This document shows, piece after piece, positions 1 through 9,405 of a DNA stretch of 64,000 nucleotides. Under the pieces are notes generated by a model. The model was given only the letters and a program-made list of their open reading frames with translations. It did not search any database and was not told the DNA's origin. Both the position numbers and the translations under genes were made by a program. This stretch comes from Toensbergia leucococca (lineage: Eukaryota): assembly GCA_022813965.1 (NCBI GenBank), contig JALDZS010000002.1:1-64000 (forward strand), given 5' to 3'. The first letter of the stretch is position 1. The number at the start of each line of letters is the position of its first letter.

Positions 1-35
1 CAAAATCACCGTCTCCTCTCTCCTCTTCCCCCACC

Positions 36-88
36 AAAAAAAAAAAAAAGAAAACAAAAAAAAGAAAAGAAAAGAAAAGAAAAAAAAA
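36..88. repeat. poly(A)/(AAAAG)n simple repeat immediately upstream of the racemase ATG
   Basis: Runs of A and tandem AAAAG units ending directly at the ATG at 89. Confidence 0.8.
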
Positions 89-892
89 ATGTCCCTCCCC
101 CCGCTCCCAACAATCTCCTCCCCCGCCACCCCTCCCCGCCCCATCTCCATCCTCCTCATAAACCCAAACAGCACCCCCAGCATGACAACCGCCTGCCTCG
201 CCTCCCTCGCCCCAACCCTCCCCCCAAACACCACCGTAACCGGCTTCACAGCCCCACCCCCCGCCCCCACCGCCATCGAATCCCACGCCGACGCCGTCCT
301 CTCCGCAGCCGCCTGCCTGCGCGCCATCATCATGCCCCTGGCGCCCCACTACGACGCCTTCCTCGTCGCCTGCTACAGCGCGCATCCGCTCATTGAGGCG
401 CTGAGGGAGGAGGTCAGGGGGCCGGTGATGGGGATCATGGAGGCGAGTTTGTATGCGGGGAGGATTTTGGGGGGACGGGTGGGGATCGTGGCGATGGGGG
501 CGAGGAGTCGGGTTATGCATGAGGATGCGGTGAGGGGGTATGGGCTTGGGGGGTTTTTTGCCGGGTGTGAGTGTGTGGGGTTGAGGGTGCTGGAGCTGGA
601 GATGGGGGTGAGGGAGGAGGTAATGGGGCGGGTGGAGGGGGCGGCGAGGAGGTTGGTGGAGGTTAAGGGGGCGGATTGTGTGGCGTTGGGGTGTGCGGGG
701 ATGACGGAGATGAGGGGGAGGGTTGAGGGGGCGGTTGGGGGGGAGGACGGGAAGGTTATGGTGTTGGATGGGGTGGGGCTTGGGGTGCAGTTTTTGTGTG
801 CGTTGGTGAGGGAGGGGTTGGGGACGGCGAAGGGGGGGGTTTATAGGAGTTCGGAGGATGGGAGGCGGGCGAGGGGTCAGGATTGGTTGTGA
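89..892 (+). CDS. Hydantoin/allantoin racemase (Asp/Glu/hydantoin racemase family, Dcg1-like), intronless, 267 aa
   Basis: N-terminal ILLINPNS motif. The two catalytic-cysteine motifs typical of hydantoin racemases are present: LVACYSAHP and ALGCAGM. Also GPVMGIMEAS. Confidence 0.9.
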   Translation: MSLPPLPTISSPATPPRPISILLINPNSTPSMTTACLASLAPTLPPNTTVTGFTAPPPAPTAIESHADAVLSAAACLRAIIMPLAPHYDAFLVACYSAHPLIEALREEVRGPVMGIMEASLYAGRILGGRVGIVAMGARSRVMHEDAVRGYGLGGFFAGCECVGLRVLELEMGVREEVMGRVEGAARRLVEVKGADCVALGCAGMTEMRGRVEGAVGGEDGKVMVLDGVGLGVQFLCALVREGLGTAKGGVYRSSEDGRRARGQDWL

Positions 893-1049
893 GGTTGGAG
901 ATTCCACCTTGCGAAGATTTCTATGAGGCTGTTTTCATATTCCAGAGGGCACTTCAAAGGGACGATGCTTGATTGTCAGACTTGGTTTCCATCCTTCCCC
1001 ATCAAGAAATGTCAATAGGAGCTATAGCGTGTTGGGCAAGACTTGTTCT

Positions 1050-2144
1050 CTATTCTTTCAATAGCTCGGGTTCCACAACGCCTGTCTGTTGTGTGATGAT
1101 GTCGTACGTCTCGATTCTACGATGCCTCGCAAAATCAAATGTCTGTCAGGCAGTTAGCACCTCCACGCATTTTGGATACATGGAAACGTGAACCTTCTCC
1201 TTCCCTTGTCTACAGTCTTCTAGATCTATCTCCGCCACGATGACCTCGTCTTCCTTGGTTTTTGCCTCAACCAGAACATGTCCCTCGGGACTAACAATGG
1301 CACTACCTCCAATTAGATCATACTTCCCGTCATCCATTCCGCACCTCGCAGCACTGATAGAAAAACAGCTATTCATGTAGCTATTAGACTGCATGACCAG
1401 ACGATGGTGAAATAATGCTTCTTCTCCTGCCTGCTCTTTGGTCACTGACTTTTTTGTTCCCCAAAGATCTGGTGCCCATCCTGCAGTATTATAACCACAG
1501 AGTACGAGCTCGACACCCTGAAGTCCATAACAGCGCCAAGCCTCGGGCCATCGACGATCGTTACAAATCATCATCCCGAGTATAGGATCCCCCTTCCCAA
1601 CTGTGTCTATCTCGCCGGAGTTTGCCTTGGCGGCATTCTGGAGTAGATTTGGAGCACGATAAGCCTTGAAACCAAGATCGCCAGGCTTGAAATATCGTTT
1701 CTCAAGTTGATTGATGGCATCCTTGCTCTTGAAAGGCTCGACAGTTCCCGGCAGATGTATCTTTCGATATTTACTAATAGCCCTCCCGAGCTTCGCACTG
1801 TAGTAAACACAGGCATTGTAACCAGTTCCGTTGGAGGTCCGCTCCCCAAAGCCCACGGAGATGTCAACTTTTAGCTCCCTTGCTTCGTCGAAGAGTGGTT
1901 TCGCATTTGCAGATTGGGATATATCATCTCCATGCTCGAAGAACGAATCCAGCTCTTGTTGGCTGGTGAATAGGTGACGGGGAAAGAAGGTTGTAAAGGC
2001 GATTTCGGGAAACAAGACAAGCTGGGCTCCTTGTGTCGCTGCCTCCTTTAAAAGCTTGAGCATGCGATCGAGCGTTGAAGATCGTTCGGAGTCGAGATGC
2101 ACGGCACCCAGTTGGGCAGCTGCTACTTTGAGCCTTCTCGACAT
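1050..2144 (-). CDS. N-carbamoyl-D-amino-acid amidohydrolase (D-carbamoylase, nitrilase superfamily); 2 exons (2144-1194, 1142-1050)
   Basis: E-K-C triad in VLFPEIA, YRKIHLPG and MICNDRRWPE, the last matching the D-carbamoylase CNDRRW signature. An intron at 1193-1143 (GT..GCTAAC..CAG) restores the C-terminus TFDFARHRRIETY...LLKE*. Confidence 0.88.
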
Positions 2145-2399
2145 AGCGAGATCTAGTCTTGCCTGTGCTTCGAAAAATGGGTCGAAGATTTCTTTGCTTC
2201 AACGCCGTTCACACATATTCTGGCATTGTCAAACCGAATTCCTCCAATCAATATCCCTTTTGGGTAAAGGGTTCCAAGCCCATAATCGCGTTTCGATGAC
2301 GGGCGAGCCTCTCATCATGTTTCATCATATTGCAGGTCGTAGTACGAAGTCAATGGATCTAGGATGTCGTGCATATCTTAGCAAAAGGAACAATGCAAA

Positions 2400-2429
2400 G
2401 ATAAGCCATAAATAGAGTAGGATGATAAG
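2400..2429. promoter_or_regulatory. Paired GATAAG motifs (candidate AreA/NIT2 nitrogen-regulatory sites) upstream of the carbamoylase
   Basis: GATAAG at 2400-2405 and 2424-2429, about 260-285 nt upstream of the ATG at 2144. Function is inferred. Confidence 0.4.
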
Positions 2430-2556
2430 GACGGCATTTATTAGGAAAACAGTTGTCGTGTTAGTGTACTTTTTGGGCTCGTATCTTACAGGAAGTCGAC
2501 AATTGGTGCCTCTACTTGTGATATTTATACATCGACTCATTGTTTCAATCTTCTCA

Positions 2557-5500
2557 CTATACTTGTAGAAAGCCGCTCCTCTTCCAGTGTGTGACGTAGG
2601 AATCTATCCAATCTTGGCAGACTTCAGGACACTCCCTCAATGTGGTCGAAATGCTGGCAGTCTTTTCAGTGTCGAATCTTCTTGCTACCTCTTTGTGTGA
2701 TGCCATGTCCTCGAAAAATTGTAACAATTTCAGTCCTGGAACCTGACGTGTCTCCCTTTTCTCCGATGCTAGTTTATTTAGTCTACTGACCCATTCCTGT
2801 ATGGAGATCTCATCGGAACCAAAATTCTGAGAAGATGCCTCACTTTTCTTCAACATTGATACTAGGGTAGACCAGGAAACAGGGTGAGGATTGATAATGT
2901 TGTGCACTGAATACGTGTCAGCCGTCATTTGCGTGAGAATATCTGTGATTATCCCGGCGGCAACATCCACTGGAATCCATTCGACTGGTTTCTCATGGAA
3001 GACTGGTATGGCATTGAGGTATTTAGATGTGGCAAACATGATGGGGAACATTTCCTGTTCACTCCAGTACCCAGACACCGAGTGACCGCATAGCTGACCA
3101 ACACGAAATACCCGCGTCGTTGTTCCTAATTCTATGCTCGCTAGTTGAGTGAGTCGTTCCACTTATCCTACGGTTAGCACCCCATGTATGTATAGGAAGT
3201 GAGAATTTATACCGATATACTTGCTTTGCGCATAGCCTGTCCTCATCGCCATACTTGGGTCATTTCCTATCGGCGATTCTGGAATGTTGTCCGCGGTCGC
3301 TCCGTCTCCCAGACATGTACTAACACTACTGGTAAAAGCAAAAACCTTAGGATTTCCCGCCTGGCAAAATCTAAGTAACGACATAGTGCCTGTAGACAAA
3401 GTCAGGTTCCTGACTGCAAATGCTATCGTCGAGAGCTCACCTCGGAGACAATCCTTCTCGAAACATTCAACTACTTGATTGAAGTCAACTCTCCACGCAT
3501 TGTGTAAAACTATAGTAACAACTTTGGATAGGTGATGATAAGTGTCAACGTCCAATCCTAATAGGGGGTCTGTCATGCTATATTTCAAGATCTTAATCTT
3601 TCCATTGGCAAGGATTGATTCAGCGTCCAGCCCACGAAGTGCCAGAGATTTCTCCAGCTTCTTTTGAGTGTTGGGTCCCCGTATCAAAGCATATATCTTT
3701 GAGACCGTCGGTGCTGCCAACAGTGCTTCCAAAAGCGCTGTTCCTAAGGAACCGGAAGCCCCTGTTAAGAGTATGACCTCCTGGTGTTTTCTCTCTACAG
3801 GGGACCGATCCGAAGCAGGCCAATCGAGAAAGTCGGACGAATATTTCTCAATAACACGATGGATGAATGAAATATGTGTGTCTTCATCGATAGACTTCTC
3901 CTTTGTCCCAAGAAAGGAGACTAATTTTTCGACAGAAGGATGTTCAAAGATGGCCCCAAGAGATACAGGTCCGACGCGACTTGAAAGAGCCTTACGAAGC
4001 TGTAAAGCAGCAACAGAATCGATACCGATGGCATAAAAATCCGTCGTCTCTTGAATTTCTGCTCGAGGAACTCGTGCTAATGTTGAAATCGCTTTGAGAA
4101 GGTATGTTGACAGTGATACCTCTTCATCCGTTAGTACTTTAATTGACTGATCGCTTTCTAGACCGAGATAAAGAGTATCAATCTCTTTTGCGAACATCTT
4201 CAATGCCTCATTCCGTTTAACATTTCCCTTGGGCGTGACTGGTAGGCTTATACCTTCAGGTATAATATACATCATGTTCTGAAGAACTCTTGAGTGCTGC
4301 GGATATTTTGGGTTCACTCCTTCTACCGCCTGCCATACTCTTCTAAGCGTCTTATTACTTTTACGATCCGTACCTTCTACCACTTCTATAAGAAGACAAA
4401 CGCAGATCTTTGATTGACCGACAGCCAGCACTTTGTTGATGATTGGGCTTGCCGCTTCAACGTCTAACTGTAAAGCGCCTGCGCTGGTCATGCTACCGTT
4501 CGAATGGACAAGAACGTCATCTCTCCTGCCTTGCAGAAAGTAGTACCCACTTCCGGGCGGATCCTGTAAGAATAGATCATTAGTCCGATATGGCTCGTTG
4601 TTCGATTTGCTATCCCATAACTCTGCGGCAAGTCCGAACCCCTTGTAGATGATACATTCATACAAACCTTCGCCGACCTCTTCCATTTGAATCTTGTCGT
4701 TGTCGGGATACAAATTACGGAATTTGTAGCAACTTGGATTGTCTTTTGTATGAGGAATAGTTCGAAGAACAGGTCCAGTCTCGGTAGATCCATAAGTCGT
4801 CTTCACATTCACATTATGTGAAACGAGGCTCTCTACGATAGAATCGGACAACTTAGCACCCATTGGCATCAAGACAAGTAGTGAGGACAGAGGGCTAAAG
4901 TCGCCACCACTATTGATTATATGCTCGTGCAGGTTCTCAATGATAGTTGGAGCACAATGTACATCATCCACGGGATGACCCATCGTAGCAAGGGTTTTCC
5001 AGGCGGCGAGTAACGATGAAGCCGATGGAGGCCATGACAAGGGTGGAAAAGAGCAAACAAGTCCATTTGGGAGGCCTGAAAGTATAACGCAGATTCCGGC
5101 AATATGGCTTCTAACAGAGAATGTCAGAAAGTCGAATTGACCTCGTCGCAGAAGTCTATTAACAGTTTAACACAAATGGTTATTGAAGCATGACATACAG
5201 TGGTGAAAGGAGAAACCAGTTTTCAATGTGAAAGTCTGGGAACAGCCGATACATCCTTGCACACAACATCATACTCCGATTTGTATGAACGATGAGTTTT
5301 GGAGGGCCGGTGGAGCCACTCGAGTGCATGATATATGTATGTCGTTCCCAAGAATCACGTTCGTCTTCATATTGCAACGACCTTATGTCCGGGAGACCAG
5401 AATCATTGTAGTCCAAGTAGTCTTCTAACATAGAAAACTTTCTAATTCCTTCGATATCTCGAGCCGCTTTCTGGGTATCTGTAATGAGTACGGTCGCATT

Positions 5501-6034
5501 GGACCTGGAAATTAAGGATTTGATTGCTTCCTTGGAATTTTTGTCTGCCAAAAGTAGAAGCCGCACATTGAGCTTCAGCAAAGCGATCTGGGTTACAAAG
5601 TATTGCAATGAGATGGCAACACCCAGAAGCGCTATTGTAGGTTGTGTTTCATTCTTTTTCGCAACGAGCAGCTCATCTCGAAGACACTGGGCGTACCTCC
5701 AAGCAAGTCTATCTGTCATCAAGTAGAATTGGTCCCATGAAATCGAATTGTAGGGTGTATCCTTCTGGTTGTCGACAGGATATAAAAACGCTGTTTCACC
5801 ACAAAAGGTCGCCGCGTTGTATTTTAGCAGCGAGACAAGACTCACAAGCTTCGGATCGGAGTATCTTTCAGCATGCGGATGGCCATGGAACTGCCACAGT
5901 TTTTTTGTCTTCTCCGGCGCATCTTTGGACACTACAACAGATGGATCCGAGCATGGCAATGGTCCCTTGTCTTTGTTGGTGGTAGGAAGCCCACGCAAGA
6001 CTTTTGCATCTTTTGGAATTTGCTCAGAAGCCAT
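2557..6034 (-). CDS. NRPS-like A-T-R (adenylation-thiolation-reductase) enzyme of the carboxylic acid reductase type; about 4 exons
   Basis: A-domain motifs YIMHSSGSTGPPK, TTYGSTETG, YRTNDLF, GRRDDVL and LPVTPKGNVKR. Carrier Ser in FYAIGIDSVAA. SDR-type R domain with LLTGASGSLG, HNAWRVDF, GYAQSKY and FRVGQL. Introns at about 5198-5111, 3441-3390 and 3212-3168 join the three ORF pieces. Confidence 0.9.
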
Positions 6035-7081
6035 TACTGAAGTAATATGCTCTAAATGGTAAGTGGTCAGACGTTTTATAGATACGCTGCGTCAATCCGG
6101 CACAACCTTGAAAGCCAAGTCACGTAATGCTGATTGCAACAGAGAATGACAAAGAGTGGTCGAAGGGAAAAAGCAGTACGACTTGAGAAATCTGTCAGGC
6201 AAGCTCAAGTTAAACGTAAGCCGCAATCAACGAGCAGTTGTAGCTGATTCAGACGAGCTCTCGTACCTATGAAATATCTGGAGCCCAAACTTACGGAGGT
6301 AGATAGAAGGTGATGTTGAGAGCAAAAGTCCATTGCTTCTCAGGCAAGGTTCGGATGGAGATGCTCAAATCGGACATGGCAACAAATAAATCACAGATGA
6401 GATTACCTACCAAAGCACTGAGATGGTAAAAGAAGTACTGCACGCTACATTAGTCGCTCAGTGCGAGGTGTTGTATTGCATTCGACCTGCTCAATGATGC
6501 TTAGTCACAGACACAGGCATGAGGGAGATGAGCACCGAGTGGCACCAACGAAAGCTTGGACCAAGCGCTATTTAATATAATAGGTTTTTGGACGTCATAC
6601 TATCTATCCGTATCTCGACCATCTATTTCCTATCGTATTGGCAAGGTGGCAATGCATCAGAGACCCCATCATCTTGCATTTGAACAAGCCAATTGATTAT
6701 CGGGCTCGAGTGCCTCATCATGCCGTCGAAAGCTAAAGTTGTTGACTGATGATGAAATGGGTCGATTACATGGACGATCGGATACCAGTCACTAAGGTAA
6801 GATTTGGATAGATGGATGGCTCACCAAACAGCGTGTGAAGGTTACAAAAGAGAGAGCTTTTGTTCATGATGATTGAATTTACAGAAAGACCCAAGAGGGG
6901 GCCATTCCTCCCAAAGATACAGGCCTGGTTCTTTTTAATTCGGGCCGTTCATGACCACAACCTCATTCTCTGTCTAGTTGAGGGCTCCTTTATTGCAGAT
7001 ACCACTCCGTAACAGCAATGTCATCAATACAGCCCAGGCTATGTATCTACGTGTGGGCCAATGAGATACATCAATCAATCT

Positions 7082-7187
7082 CTTATCGCTGCCAATTTGA
7101 GATAGCTGCCTAGTGCCGTCCTCGAAAACAGCAGCTCGAAAAGCATCGTCATTGTGCATTGGAATCGAGCTGGAGAAGCTGCGATAA
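7082..7187. promoter_or_regulatory. Cluster of GATA motifs upstream of the hydantoinase (candidate AreA sites)
   Basis: CTTATC at 7082-7087, GATAG at about 7101 and GATAA at about 7183, all within 180 nt of the ATG at 7262. Confidence 0.35.
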
Positions 7188-7261
7188 TAGATGCATTTGC
7201 ACCTGCGTCCCGGATATGTCAAGTTCAGGTGAAAATGTGAGTCTGACAAAACGTAGAAATA

Positions 7262-9095
7262 ATGGAGTTCGACTTGATAGTCAAGAATGGAATCATTGTA
7301 CGTTCAGAATGCCTGACGTTTCCTCAGGCAACAACCTGCCGGCAACAAACTCGTTATACGCGGGCTCCTCAATTCTAGCCTGAATTGTGACTCGCTACTA
7401 ACACAACCGCAACCAGGTAAACGCCTCGGATACCATCTCCGGCCAAGACATTGGCATCAAAAATGGCAAAATCACCTGCCTCGGTGAAACCCTCCCATAC
7501 TCGGATTCAACAACCATCTTAGATGCCCAAGGCGGAATCATCACTCCCGGCGGCGTAGATTCCCACGTCCACCTGGAGCAATGGAACACACCCACGGGGG
7601 ACACCTGGGAGACGGGTACTCGTAGCGCCATATGCGGCGGCACGACGACTGTCATAGCTTTTGTGTCGCAGGCTCGCCATCACGACACCGTGCTGCCGCT
7701 CGTGGAAGAGTATAGCCAGCTGGCTTGGGGGAATGCGTACTGTGACTATGGCTTTCATGTCATTCTAACGAACCCGACGGCCAAGGTGCTCGGTAAAGAG
7801 CTTCCGCTCTTAGTACGAGAGGAAGGGATCACGAGTGTCAAGCTGTATATGACTTATGAGGCTATGAAATTGGGAGATCGGGAGGTTTTGGATGTCATGG
7901 TTGCGACGAGGAGGTTGGGGATGACGACGATGATTCATGCCGAAAATCATGATATGATTGATTTGTAGGTTGAGGGCGCGAAGGATGGCTTGTGCCAGGA
8001 GGAAGAGAAGAGAGGCTAATGAGGAGAGGCTGATGCATGTGGGTATAGGCTTATCGAGACGCTCGAAGCAGAGGGGAAGACGGAGCCGTACTATCATGCT
8101 GTTTCACGGCCGATGATTGCGGAGGCGGAAGCAACGGTAAGCCGATATTTGGTTTATGGTCTTCATGTTGACACACACTAAGCACTCATAGTATAGAGCC
8201 ATCTCTCTGGCCGAGTTGATGGATGCACCCATTCTTCTCGTTCATGTTTCCTCTCCGCTTGCCACAAAACACATTCGAGACGCACAAACGAGGCTCCTAC
8301 CCATCTATGGAGAGACTTGTCCACAGTATGTTTGGCTTCTAGCTGAAACGCTCAAAGGGGAACATTTTCATGGTAGATTCGTAATGCCCCAGGTAACGTG
8401 TGCTTTTGCATTAAATTATTTTCAGGCGCCAAAGCAGTCTGCTCCCCGCCGCTGCGAGAAAGCTCTGCAGAGACTGATGCAATATGGACGAATATTGCAA
8501 ATGGCACTTTCACAACCTTTTCATCTGATCATGCAGCGACCAAGTGAGCTAGGGCAAATCTCTCCGGCGCTGTTTGGAGTTCTGACGAGCAGATAGGTTC
8601 AACGTCGGAGGCAATGGAAAACGCTTAGGACTCGTCGACGGCAAACCATTCTTCAGCAAGATACCGAACGGTCTTCCCGGCCTCGAGACTCGTCTGCCCC
8701 TTCTCTTCAAAGGCGTCTTGGAAGGTCGCATCAGCATTCAAGATCTCGTCCGTGTCGGGTGCAGCAATCCCGCCAAGCTCTACGGCCTCTCCAACAAAGG
8801 GGCTATCCTCCCCGGCAAAGATGCGGACCTTTGCATCTGGTATCCGAATCAATCGATGAAGTCGTTCACGTTGAAGAATGACATGCTTCATCATGACATT
8901 GACTACACTCCGTACGAAGACATGGAATTTCTCAATTGGCCACGGTACACTGTCCTCCGGGGTCAAGTCGTTTGGGATCGCGACGGTCGAGGCTTGGCGG
9001 GCAAGCTCGGTGATGGCAAATATATCAAGCGCGTAGGTAGTTCTTTGCCTGGGCCCAGGAACGTGTTTGTCAACGAATGGAGGCCGCCTGCATAA
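7262..9095 (+). CDS. Dihydropyrimidinase / D-hydantoinase (cyclic amidohydrolase); 6 exons
   Basis: ATG at 7262 (MEFDLIVKNGII) with a first intron at 7298-7416. Metal-centre motifs PGGVDSHVH, GGTTT, SVKLYMTY (carbamylated Lys), HAEN, VHVS and SSDHA. Also IPNGLPGLETRLP, NPAKLYGL and PGKDAD. Confidence 0.92.
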
Positions 9096-9405
9096 GTGTT
9101 GGAGAGTGTCTCTGAAAGCGGCCTCAAGGTTGGTCTTTTGTCTGAAAATGTATAATAATTGGGGGCCGACTTTACGTATCCGCAGCTTTCTTTTCTGGTC
9201 CAGAATTCAATTGCGTCTCACGATACATACTCAAGAGTAATATCTGTTTGCTAGTACGTCCGTAATCAGATTGGTATCCCTCCTGATATGATGGTAAATA
9301 CAAAGCTATGCGCCAAACCTCTGAAATGCAACACCGAGCACGTTGCCCCCAGCTGCTATGCCACAAAACACCACCGCTGTATGCAAAAAAAAATCAAACA
9401 GCAAT

